Part shown: positions 18,306 through 27,802 of the stretch, in pieces
Layout of the letters: every line of letters begins with the position of its first letter
How positions within the stretch are numbered: the stretch's first letter is position 1
Source: a virus
Length of the DNA: 36,849 nt
UHGV virus genome: UHGV-0209063
Strand: one strand, 5' to 3'
Translations under genes and position numbers: made by a program
The notes under the pieces: model-generated
What the model was told of the DNA's origin: nothing
The model's input: the letters and a program-made list of their open reading frames with translations, nothing else
Databases searched by the model: none

Positions 18306-19538
18306 ATGGCAAGGCAGACAACAAGTGGTGTGTCACGGGTTAATTCGTCCGGGTCCACCAGGAATTCAAACAAGTCATATTCCAAGAATACCAACAAGCA
18401 GAAAAATAAAACGGTAAATAACCTGACTTCTACGGATACCGCCTCATCAAAGGGCGGCCAGCATACGGTAAGCTACAAGGACACTACAGGGCTGTCACCG
18501 GAGGCGCTGGCATTACAGAACCGGCTGTCAGGTAAAACCGGGTATACACCGTCACAGGCTGTCCGGAACGCATATGGACAGAAGCAGAACGCAGAGAACG
18601 CAGTGGCGCAGTATGGTGACTATAAATCCAGTTATCAGGATGCAATGCAGGAAACCATCAACAGCATATTGAACATGCCAAAGTTCAGTTATGACTTCAA
18701 TGCCGATGCCCTGTACAAGAACTATGCCGACAGGTACGCCATGCAGGGGAAGCAGGCGGCGCAGAACGCAGCGGCAGCAGCTTCCGCACTTACAGGCGGA
18801 TACGGTAATTCGTATGCAGCGAGTGCAGCCAGCCAGGCAAATGAACAGTACCTCACTGCGCTTAACGATAAGATACCGGAGTTACAGCAGCTGGCACTGG
18901 AACGCTATAACCTTGAGAACCAGAACCTCATGAACCGGTTCAGCATACTTGGCTCACAGGATGACAGGGAATATGGCCGCTACAATGATGCAAGGCAGTA
19001 CCTGGTTGATGACAGGGCTTATTATAACGATGCGTACAACGCTGAAAGACAGGCAGACATGACTAACCAGCAGTACGATTATGACAATGCAATGAACCTG
19101 CTTAAGTATTATACAGACCTTCAGGTAAAGGATGTGTCTGATGTCAACAACTGGTCGGAGGATAAGGCAAAGAAGAGAACGCATGAGGTAAATAAGACCA
19201 AGAATAATACAACCCAGATAAGCAACAGCAGTGATTCAAGCACGCAGCGTTCAAGCGATTCCTCGGTCACAACATCAAGCAGCACTTCAAACAGCTCCGG
19301 GTCAAAGGGTAAGAAGGGCAACAGCCTTACAGGCACTGCGGCGTCGGAGCAGACGATAAAAAATGTCATGTCCGAGTGCAAGGCGAGGCTGAACAGGGAA
19401 GCGGAGTTTGGGGAAGAGACGGACACCGAGAAGAATAACCGGGATGCTGTTGACTACCTTGACAAGGCAGTGTCGGCCGGAACTATAGGGAAGAAGGATT
19501 TTAATTATATAGTAAGCATACTTGGGCTTAAAGTGTAG
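18306..19538 (+). CDS. Internal virion / DNA-ejection protein
   Basis: FSYDFNADALY..Y; AAASALTGGYGNSYA; Ser-rich termini. Confidence 0.6.
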   Translation: MARQTTSGVSRVNSSGSTRNSNKSYSKNTNKQKNKTVNNLTSTDTASSKGGQHTVSYKDTTGLSPEALALQNRLSGKTGYTPSQAVRNAYGQKQNAENAVAQYGDYKSSYQDAMQETINSILNMPKFSYDFNADALYKNYADRYAMQGKQAAQNAAAAASALTGGYGNSYAASAASQANEQYLTALNDKIPELQQLALERYNLENQNLMNRFSILGSQDDREYGRYNDARQYLVDDRAYYNDAYNAERQADMTNQQYDYDNAMNLLKYYTDLQVKDVSDVNNWSEDKAKKRTHEVNKTKNNTTQISNSSDSSTQRSSDSSVTTSSSTSNSSGSKGKKGNSLTGTAASEQTIKNVMSECKARLNREAEFGEETDTEKNNRDAVDYLDKAVSAGTIGKKDFNYIVSILGLKV

Positions 19539-19547
19539 GAGGTTGCC

Positions 19548-22500
19548 ATGGGAGCATATGAGGAGTACCAGAAGAAAAAAAAGAAGAATGATGGGGGGTA
19601 TGTATCGGCATATGATACATACCAGAAGCATAAGGCTGAAAGGGTGCAGCAGGCACAGAAGGCTGTTGGCATGGACATACCGGCGAGGATGCAGCAGGCA
19701 GCAGCCATGACGGCCAACCCGGCCATCCTTGATCCGTTCGGCAAGCATATAAAGGGGATGTCTGACAGGGCTGTCAACAGAAGGGTGCAGTCTGATTATG
19801 ACAAAGCCCTCAATATGATCACTGACGCCGGATTTGAGGACACTGCACCATATGAGAAAGCCCTCCGGATGCACAAATCATTATATGACAATAATGCAGC
19901 CATTAACAGAAAGAACCTTGAATATGTACCTGAGAACAAGGATGATTATGACAAGGCAATGGATATTGTGCGCAGGCAAAGCAAAACAGACGAAGAGCTC
20001 GCAGATGAAATATCACAGGCGAGAAGTGAGCTGTTCAGGACGCGTGCTACCATGGACAGGATTGCAAAAACCAAAAAGAGATATGACAGTGATTTTGGTT
20101 CTGACAACAGACCCCCGGAGGATATATACGAAGAAAAGCGGGAAAAATATGATTCGCTTGTGAACGAGGCAGTACAGAGGCAGAAGAATAAGGAATATAA
20201 TGAGCTGCGTTATAAGAATGACTTTGCGGATATAGCGTCAAAGGGACGACAGAAGGCTGATGCAGAGGAACAGAAAAAACATGATATCAAACATGGGTGG
20301 GGATTTCTCTCTAACACCAGCAGTATGGATGATGTTACCGGGGTAGACCAGTACGAATATATGACAGATGATGAGAAGGATATCTATGGTTATCTGTTGG
20401 AAAAAGAGGGCAGTGAATCAGCAGATGAGTATAAAAAGTCTATAATTGATAATATAAACAGCCGTAAGGGTCAGGCGTTGTATGAAGCAATCCCTGATAA
20501 TGCGGCTGTTAAGATTGCAAGTGGACTGGGAGCGGGGTATGGACGTGCGAAGCGTTCTGTGATGCACCTTGTAAACGATATAGCCGGTGCGGAGGCTCTT
20601 CCTGTATCTGCGGAAGAACATGCGGCGTCAATGGTCAGGGAGAGCCTGGGGAAAAAGGGTCCTAAGGTCCTTGGGTCATCATTAGGGCAGGCTGCATATG
20701 ATGTTCTTGAGAATACCGGCAATATGGTCCCGAGTATTGCCGCCGGTTATGCAGGGGGTCCCATAGCAGCAGCGGCAACGGTAGGAGTCAGTTCAGGGGC
20801 ATCTGCCATGAACGAGGAATGGAGAAATGGGGCATCAAAAGGGCAGGCAGCAGTGTACGGAGCTGTTAATGGGGCGTTAGAGGGTGGCCTCCAGTACGCC
20901 CTTGGCGGTATCAGCAAGTTAGGCGGTAAGCTTACAGGTGTTGGTAAAGGTATCCTTGACACGAAGATAAGCAATGTGGCAGCAAGGACAGCGGCAAAGG
21001 CGGGGCTGTCAGCACTGGGTGAGGGCACGGAGGAGTACCTGCAGGAGATAATCGACCCTGTTGTAAGGAACCTTACCCTTGGGGAGGATAATAAGATTAG
21101 GTTTGTTACCGATGAGGCGTTATATGCCGGTATGCTTGGCGCAGTGTCAGGACTTGCACTTGGTGGACCGTCTGACATATCGGAAGAGCTTGCCAGGACT
21201 AAAATAACGGAATACGTCGGATCGGGCACAGACATTGAAGCTGTTGTGGGTGCTGCAAAGCAAATCAAGGAGCTTAAGCCATATGTGGAGAAGTATGAGA
21301 AATCACCTACGGACTACAATGCAGGAATGCTTAAGCTTGAATTTGATAATTATGTTGGTAAGGAGATTGCCAATGCCAAGACACCCGAAGAGGCTGACAT
21401 TATATATGACAGGATAACAAAGGACGCACCTGATGAGGTAGTCCGGGTTGCTGACGAAGCACTTAGCAACGTGAAGCAGGGGCTTGATAATGTAAATACA
21501 GATACTGATAATGTAAATGCAGATACTGATAACATAAACGTAAATACTGATACTGGAAATAGCAGTATCGACACCAGAAATAGCAATATCGATACGGAAA
21601 TCGGTAATATCAATACAGGAAACGGCATTACTGATACCGGCAACAGATATACAAGCCGTGTCATTGATACGTTTTCCAAAGAGACCAGGAACGCAATGGA
21701 GCAGTCACTCCATACGGCAGTGGTTGATGAAGTGACATACAAGAATGCATTTGCCAATTACTATTCATACGGACGTGCAGGCCTTAGCATGGAGACAGCG
21801 GATGGGAACGCTACATTTAATGAGCTTACTGACGCACAGAAGGTCCTTGCATACAGGAGCGGTGTACAGGACAGGCAGGCACAGATTAACCGTGCAGAGC
21901 AGAACCTCACTAAAAAAGGGTTCAGGGGGCAGGGGATGTTAAGGTACATCCGGGACAATGAATTAAGCGAAGGGATATCAGTGCCCAGGGCAATAAGGGA
22001 GCTTGATGAACGCCAGAAAAGCTCCGTAATGGCACTTAGGACATTTGCTGAGGTGTCCGGCCAGAATATTGTATTGTATGAATCACAGGCTGTTAATGGC
22101 AAAGTGACAACCCCTAACGGATGGTATAACCGGAGTAACGACACAATATATATTGATGTCAATGCCGGCGACGTTGGAGAGAGTGCAATACTTAGGACAG
22201 CTTCGCATGAGATTACCCATGCGATTAAGGAATGGTCACCGAAGAAATACGCCGAACTCCAGAACTTTGTTACCAGACAGTTCGAACAGGACGGAAGCAT
22301 TGAAGCCATGATTAATGAGGAGATCCGGATTGCAAAGTCTAATGGCCAGGACATGACGCTCGAAGAGGCACTGGATGAGGTTGTGGCCAATTCATGCGAA
22401 ATGATGTTAAAGGACACCGGAGCAATAGAGAGAATGGCAGCAGAATCACCTTCACTCTGTAAAAAGATAAAGTTAGTAATTGATAAGGTTGTATCTGACA

Positions 22501-25500
22501 TTAAGAAAGCATTTGAAGGACTGCGTTCAGGTTCCCTGGAACATAAGAGGATGAACGAGATACTTGAAAGCTGGAGCGAAGTCCAGAAGCTGTGGGATGA
22601 TGCAGCCGTAGACAGTGCAAGGAATGCGAAGGAAGCATCGAAGACAGCAGAAACTATGAAAAATGAAGATAATGTATTTAGCGTAAGGGATTCTGAATAT
22701 GGCAAATACATAAATGAAGATATTGTAGAATTTGTAAATGAGATAAGGGAAGGGGGGATAAATTACAATAAAAGACTTGTTATATCCAACAGTATTCCCA
22801 AAAAACTTGCAAAAGATATCAAAAGAATACTGGGTATTGAAGTCAAATACAATGATTGTAAGAATATAATTACAAAAAATTCAATAGAACATATTGAAGT
22901 AGGACATGGAACAAAAGGGAAAACAGATCACTCAATGAAAGATACAGATAATATAGGCCTGATTAATTATGTTATTGATAATTATACAGATATAGAAAAA
23001 GGCAAGTTTTCTGCAGAGAATAAAAATAGTAACAATACATTTGCTGAAACAATTGTAATGAGTATGCCGTATAATGATAATAATAATTATTATATAGTAG
23101 AAGCTGTTCCAGTATTAAAAAATAAAAATGAATTGAGAGTTGTGTCAGCATATATAGGACAAAAAAAAGAGATAGCTCAAGTGGCCAATGCAAAAACGAT
23201 CCCTGTCCGTACGTCCGAAACCGCGCTTAAGTCTATCTCTGATTCAAAGATAACACCTGTAAGTGAGAGTGTCAATAAATATTCAAATAATATAAGTACT
23301 GCTGAAAGCTGGAGCGAAGTCCAGAAGCTGTGGGATGATGCAGCCGTTGACAGTGCAAGGAATGCGAAGGAAGCATCGAAGACAGCAGAGGGTGTGGAGA
23401 ACTCCGGAGAAAATGTACAGGGCAATGTTGAACCTGAAAAAAATGTATACTCGTACCGTAATAACATGCCTGAAGTAGAATACGGCATGAAGGAAGAGGA
23501 AAGGTATAACATATTAAGTAAAACCAATATTAACGTGGTAGATGGCAATATGCAGCTGACAGAGAACGAAATAAATAACCTTGAAATGGGTACTACTTAT
23601 AAATATGAAAACTTTTTTAAGCTTCTGGGTGAAAAGTTTGGTATATACAAAGAGTATACAAACGGAGAAATACAATTTAAATATTCAAAATCAACAATAA
23701 GCGAAAGTATACATAAGGTTAAGAAGAACCCTGAAAATAATGTGGAAATAGTTGCAATGATGGCAAATACCAAAGATATTATAGAAAACGCTGTCCCGAT
23801 AATTATCCATGATGATAAATACAAAGGCACTGTCAGGGAAGACAAAGGATTGAAAAATGTATATGTCATGATGGGAATGTTTGAAAACAAAGGTTCATTA
23901 TACCCTGTAGAGATAGTTGTGAAAAATAGGGTGAATGGTAAAAATAATCTGTATATGGAGGTTGTACTTAATGCCATAGATAAAATAAAAGGAAACGAGA
24001 TCATTAGCAAAGAGGCTGAAAAAGATCAGCGACATTCACCTCCGTCGTTTCCTTATGAAGTAAACATAACAGATGTTATAAGGAATGTCAATAGTGAGGA
24101 TGCAAAATTTTTGAAATATTTCCCTAAGAAGATGTTATCAAAAGAACAGCTCGTTAATGTTGAGGAGGAGATAGAGAAAGAAAATATAAAGATTGAGTTT
24201 TTGAAAGATGGTGGAAGAGTTGATGACAGGGACATTGCAGTAGAGTACAAAAGAAGACACCGGGAAGACAATTATGTCAACGAAGAGCCCGCTCCGCAGG
24301 AAGCTGCTTCTGACATTGCCGCTTCCCTGGAGAAAAAAGGCTACGGTATTGCCCCGGAAGAAATTGAGACTGACACAGAGGACATCCGCCACTCCTACCG
24401 TGGCGACACACGTTCTGACCGTGAGATCCTTGCGGATGCGCTTATGGGTGCAACTAAGAATACGGCAGAGAGGAATGAGCTTGAAGCCTATAAGAGGATC
24501 ATAGGGAAGCTTGACATGCAGGAGAAGCTCCGGAGGGAAAAGGTCAGGATGCGCAACAATGCAGAGGATGCGGCCACAAGGGATAAGTACCAGTCGGATA
24601 TAGATGCGATTGATAAAAAGATAGCGCTGAATGACAGGAGGCTCATCAGGATGGAGGCAGCAGCCCCATTACGTGCGGTCATAAAACGCGAGACCAAAGC
24701 CAACGCACAGAAGGACATTGAGTATATCAAGGCACGTCATAAGGAGAGGCAGGAAAGAAAGACGATGACAACCTTGAGAAATAATATAAAGAACAATGCC
24801 GGAAACCTTATCACGCTCATTAACAAGCCTACCAACCAGAGGCACGTTCCTGAGGCACTTAAGAAGCCTGTTGCTGATTTCCTTGGGGCTGTTGACTTCA
24901 TCAGTGCGTATGCAGATCCGGAAAGCTTCAACACCAAGCAGTGGCAGACCAAGATGGAAGTGTTGCGCCATACAATAGATTCGTTAAATTCCGGTGAAAG
25001 CACATCCATTGACTTTGACCCTGACCTGCTGGCGAGGATGAAGGCATTCTCATATGACAGTGACGGAAAACCGCTCCCTGCCAAGAGGCTGTCTGACATG
25101 GGCATGTCAGAGCTTGAAGACATGTATATTATCGTCCGCTCCTTAAGGATGGGAATATCCAATGCGAACAGGATGTTTGCCAATAAGCGCAGCGAGAGTG
25201 CTGAAAAGCTTGGGTGTGATACGGTTGGGGAATTATCAGTGCGTAAGGATAAGAAGAACCATTCCAAGCTGGTTAATTCAATTGATAATTTCATTAACGT
25301 AGACCTGCTTGACCCGACATCGTTTTTCCGTTCGCTGGGTAAGAATGCCGAATCTGTCGGGAAAGAGCTAAGGGCAGGAAGGAACGTACAGAAAAGGGAC
25401 ATCAGGGCAGCAAGGGAGTATATGGATGGGGTGTATGACCGTATAGGGTTGAGCGGGAAAGAATTTGAAGAAATCACCGGTGATAAAAAAGTACATACAT

Positions 25501-27746
25501 TCAAGTACCCTAACGGTGAATTCAAAATGACTACCGGGGAAATCATGTCATTATACTGCCTTAAAAGCAGGAAGCAGGCAATGCAGCATATGATTAAAGG
25601 TGGGATCACGGTTGATGACTTTAAGTATAAAGGGAAGGTAATGAAGCAGACAGGTAACTTCAGGATGACCGAGGCTTTCATCAATGAGATAACATCCGTG
25701 CTTACTGAAAAAGAGAAAAGGGTTGCGGAGGCTATGCAGAGCTATATGGCAAACCAGTGCGCCGAGCAGGGAAATGAGACTTCAATGACGCTGTATGGCT
25801 ATAAAAAGTTTAATGAAAAAGAGTATTTCCCAATCAGCTCTGATAAGAACTGGACAAGGCAGAACACGGCTGACGGAAAGGTGCGCCAGAGCCTTACGGC
25901 GATAGTAAACGTAGGGATGACCAAGGAACTCAACGAGAAGGCAGAGAACCCGATCAGGGTCAGTAATATATATGATGTATTCTCAAAGTATGTGGCTGAC
26001 ATGGCTGACTACCATGGGCTGGCAGTTCCACTTGTGGATGCATCAAAGTGGTATAACTATGTGGATCCTGACAGCAGTGGTGATTCAAGTGTTAAGCAGG
26101 CGATCAAGCGTGTATTTGGGGAGGAATACCTGAATTATTATACTAACTTCATAAGGGACATAAATGGTGATTCCAGGCGGAGACTTGCTTCAGACCTTAC
26201 GGACACATTTATCAAAAACTTCAAAGCGACAGCCGTTGCCGCCAACATGAGGGTAGTTGTCCAGCAGCCGACTGCATATGTAAGGGCTGCAGCCATGATG
26301 GATACAAAGTATCTTATGAAGGCAGTCACCATGAAGCCGGGAACAAAAGAAGCAGTGGAGAACAGCGAAATTGCATGGTGGAAGTCGGAGGGCTTTTTCG
26401 ATACCGGTCTGGGGCCTACATTGAAGGCACTCATTACGAACAATAAATCAACTGTCGATAAGATTGTGGACAAGTCACTGTACCTGGCCGGGAAAGCTGA
26501 TGATATCACATGGGGGTGCCTGTGGAATGCGGTCAAGCTTGAGGTGGCAGACAAGAATAAGGGGCTTGACAAAAACTCGCCGGAGTATATGGAAAAGGTG
26601 AAGGAACGGTTTGAGGATATAATATATTCGACGCAGGTTGTTGACGACTTATTCTCAAAGTCACAGATAATGCGCCATAAGGACGGAGCCACAAGAAGCC
26701 TGACATCATTCATGGCAGAGCCGATCAAGACCTATAACATGCTGAGGAATGCTGTTGCATCAAAGGCTCCGAAGGCGATAATCAGGACATCGGCGGTATT
26801 CGTTGTCAGTGCCGCTGCAAATGCAGCATTAGCGGCCGTTGTTGATGCAATGAGGAGCCTGTCAGGGGATGATGACAAGGATAAAGGTTATGGTGAAAGA
26901 TGGATGGACAGCTTTCTTCAGAATATGGCTGATAATGCTAATCCGTTAAACCTTGTCCCATATCTAAGGGACCTCGTAAACGCATGTGCCGGGTACAGCT
27001 CCAACAAGGATGAGACTGTATGGATGACCAGCACAGTCAAGGCCTGTCAGGAGATATATAAGGCTGTCAATGGGGATTCAAAGAAAACACCGGCACAGAT
27101 CACGGCATTGTGTGCCAAGGCCATATCACAGATGTCAGGGATACCTGTGGCGAACGCATTCAGGACGGTTGATTCAATATATAATGAAATCAACGCAACT
27201 GTCCTCGGAAAGAAGTCACTGGGATATTACGCCGAAAAGGCAGCAGTCTCACGTATGGAGGGTGACATTAAGGAATATGAATCCATTGTTAAAAGTCTGC
27301 AGGAGGATGGTTACACACTCGAAGATATCAATAAAAAAGTGCGTTCACATACGGCCAAACTCAACAAGTCGGAAAAAGAAGCCGAAAAGGCAACGGCGGA
27401 AGGTGATGAAGAGCCTGACACCGGGGAATCCATGTACAAGGCAGGGGATGTGTTGAGCCTGGTAAAAAAGGATGACATAACATATGCCAATGAGGTTATG
27501 GAAAGTATGTTCCAGACAGAGCTTGCCGGCACACCCGACCGGTACGAAGCCTACAAGAAGGTCAAGGCGAGCCTTAAGGCACAGATATCAAAGCATTACA
27601 AGACGCTTGAATTTGATGACCGGCTTCAGTTCAGCAAGTCAATCCGTAAGCTCGTGCTTGCCAAGCAGTACATCTACACCAACAATGACATAAAAACCCT
27701 TGAAAGGACCATTGCAAAAGAAAAAAGTGAAAAAAACAAAAAATAA
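19548..27746 (+). CDS. Giant polyvalent virion/ejection protein (Gly/Ala hydrophobic region, HExxH metallopeptidase, two BECR-like domains, helical C-terminal region)
   Basis: 2732 aa; EGTEEYLQE motif; SHEITH...DEVVA zincin motif (22206-22220); HIEVGHG...IVEAVP...LRVVSAY. Confidence 0.75.
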   Translation: MGAYEEYQKKKKKNDGGYVSAYDTYQKHKAERVQQAQKAVGMDIPARMQQAAAMTANPAILDPFGKHIKGMSDRAVNRRVQSDYDKALNMITDAGFEDTAPYEKALRMHKSLYDNNAAINRKNLEYVPENKDDYDKAMDIVRRQSKTDEELADEISQARSELFRTRATMDRIAKTKKRYDSDFGSDNRPPEDIYEEKREKYDSLVNEAVQRQKNKEYNELRYKNDFADIASKGRQKADAEEQKKHDIKHGWGFLSNTSSMDDVTGVDQYEYMTDDEKDIYGYLLEKEGSESADEYKKSIIDNINSRKGQALYEAIPDNAAVKIASGLGAGYGRAKRSVMHLVNDIAGAEALPVSAEEHAASMVRESLGKKGPKVLGSSLGQAAYDVLENTGNMVPSIAAGYAGGPIAAAATVGVSSGASAMNEEWRNGASKGQAAVYGAVNGALEGGLQYALGGISKLGGKLTGVGKGILDTKISNVAARTAAKAGLSALGEGTEEYLQEIIDPVVRNLTLGEDNKIRFVTDEALYAGMLGAVSGLALGGPSDISEELARTKITEYVGSGTDIEAVVGAAKQIKELKPYVEKYEKSPTDYNAGMLKLEFDNYVGKEIANAKTPEEADIIYDRITKDAPDEVVRVADEALSNVKQGLDNVNTDTDNVNADTDNINVNTDTGNSSIDTRNSNIDTEIGNINTGNGITDTGNRYTSRVIDTFSKETRNAMEQSLHTAVVDEVTYKNAFANYYSYGRAGLSMETADGNATFNELTDAQKVLAYRSGVQDRQAQINRAEQNLTKKGFRGQGMLRYIRDNELSEGISVPRAIRELDERQKSSVMALRTFAEVSGQNIVLYESQAVNGKVTTPNGWYNRSNDTIYIDVNAGDVGESAILRTASHEITHAIKEWSPKKYAELQNFVTRQFEQDGSIEAMINEEIRIAKSNGQDMTLEEALDEVVANSCEMMLKDTGAIERMAAESPSLCKKIKLVIDKVVSDIKKAFEGLRSGSLEHKRMNEILESWSEVQKLWDDAAVDSARNAKEASKTAETMKNEDNVFSVRDSEYGKYINEDIVEFVNEIREGGINYNKRLVISNSIPKKLAKDIKRILGIEVKYNDCKNIITKNSIEHIEVGHGTKGKTDHSMKDTDNIGLINYVIDNYTDIEKGKFSAENKNSNNTFAETIVMSMPYNDNNNYYIVEAVPVLKNKNELRVVSAYIGQKKEIAQVANAKTIPVRTSETALKSISDSKITPVSESVNKYSNNISTAESWSEVQKLWDDAAVDSARNAKEASKTAEGVENSGENVQGNVEPEKNVYSYRNNMPEVEYGMKEEERYNILSKTNINVVDGNMQLTENEINNLEMGTTYKYENFFKLLGEKFGIYKEYTNGEIQFKYSKSTISESIHKVKKNPENNVEIVAMMANTKDIIENAVPIIIHDDKYKGTVREDKGLKNVYVMMGMFENKGSLYPVEIVVKNRVNGKNNLYMEVVLNAIDKIKGNEIISKEAEKDQRHSPPSFPYEVNITDVIRNVNSEDAKFLKYFPKKMLSKEQLVNVEEEIEKENIKIEFLKDGGRVDDRDIAVEYKRRHREDNYVNEEPAPQEAASDIAASLEKKGYGIAPEEIETDTEDIRHSYRGDTRSDREILADALMGATKNTAERNELEAYKRIIGKLDMQEKLRREKVRMRNNAEDAATRDKYQSDIDAIDKKIALNDRRLIRMEAAAPLRAVIKRETKANAQKDIEYIKARHKERQERKTMTTLRNNIKNNAGNLITLINKPTNQRHVPEALKKPVADFLGAVDFISAYADPESFNTKQWQTKMEVLRHTIDSLNSGESTSIDFDPDLLARMKAFSYDSDGKPLPAKRLSDMGMSELEDMYIIVRSLRMGISNANRMFANKRSESAEKLGCDTVGELSVRKDKKNHSKLVNSIDNFINVDLLDPTSFFRSLGKNAESVGKELRAGRNVQKRDIRAAREYMDGVYDRIGLSGKEFEEITGDKKVHTFKYPNGEFKMTTGEIMSLYCLKSRKQAMQHMIKGGITVDDFKYKGKVMKQTGNFRMTEAFINEITSVLTEKEKRVAEAMQSYMANQCAEQGNETSMTLYGYKKFNEKEYFPISSDKNWTRQNTADGKVRQSLTAIVNVGMTKELNEKAENPIRVSNIYDVFSKYVADMADYHGLAVPLVDASKWYNYVDPDSSGDSSVKQAIKRVFGEEYLNYYTNFIRDINGDSRRRLASDLTDTFIKNFKATAVAANMRVVVQQPTAYVRAAAMMDTKYLMKAVTMKPGTKEAVENSEIAWWKSEGFFDTGLGPTLKALITNNKSTVDKIVDKSLYLAGKADDITWGCLWNAVKLEVADKNKGLDKNSPEYMEKVKERFEDIIYSTQVVDDLFSKSQIMRHKDGATRSLTSFMAEPIKTYNMLRNAVASKAPKAIIRTSAVFVVSAAANAALAAVVDAMRSLSGDDDKDKGYGERWMDSFLQNMADNANPLNLVPYLRDLVNACAGYSSNKDETVWMTSTVKACQEIYKAVNGDSKKTPAQITALCAKAISQMSGIPVANAFRTVDSIYNEINATVLGKKSLGYYAEKAAVSRMEGDIKEYESIVKSLQEDGYTLEDINKKVRSHTAKLNKSEKEAEKATAEGDEEPDTGESMYKAGDVLSLVKKDDITYANEVMESMFQTELAGTPDRYEAYKKVKASLKAQISKHYKTLEFDDRLQFSKSIRKLVLAKQYIYTNNDIKTLERTIAKEKSEKNKK
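21486..21644 (+). repeat. Degenerate 21-bp (7-aa) tandem repeats
   Basis: GATAATGTAAATACAGATACT / GATAATGTAAATGCAGATACT ...; DNVNTDT/DTGNSSI heptads. Confidence 0.7.
22565..22651 (+). repeat. 87-bp direct repeat, copy 1
   Basis: Encodes ESWSEVQKLWDDAAVDSARNAKEASKTAE; one mismatch against copy 2. Confidence 0.95.
23303..23389 (+). repeat. 87-bp direct repeat, copy 2
   Basis: 738 bp (246 codons) downstream of copy 1, same frame. Confidence 0.95.
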
Positions 27747-27747
27747 T

Positions 27748-27789
27748 CCGGAAAAGTGGGAGATTTATTCTCCCGCTTTTTTGTATAGT
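27748..27789 (+). promoter_or_regulatory. Phage-specific promoter motif, copy 4, overlapping a terminator hairpin
   Basis: CCGGAAAAGTGGGAGATTT, with TG-TATAGT 36 nt after the CC; hairpin AAAAGTGGGAGA-tttat-TCTCCCGCTTTT. Confidence 0.6.
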
Positions 27790-27802
27790 AGAGGAAAGAG
27801 AG

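Noticed and set aside
22565..23389. Repeat pair as the TR/VR of a diversity-generating retroelement
   Set aside because: No reverse transcriptase in the window; only one synonymous mismatch; both copies are internal and in frame.
4763..27532. Many long antisense and alternate-frame ORFs in the ORF track (e.g. 21761-22711, 24737-25684, 10170-10895)
   Set aside because: Shadow ORFs of well-supported + strand genes, with no RBS or motifs.
19548..27746. Tape-measure protein
   Set aside because: No tail tube or chaperone genes; context and motifs fit a podovirus ejection/polyvalent protein.
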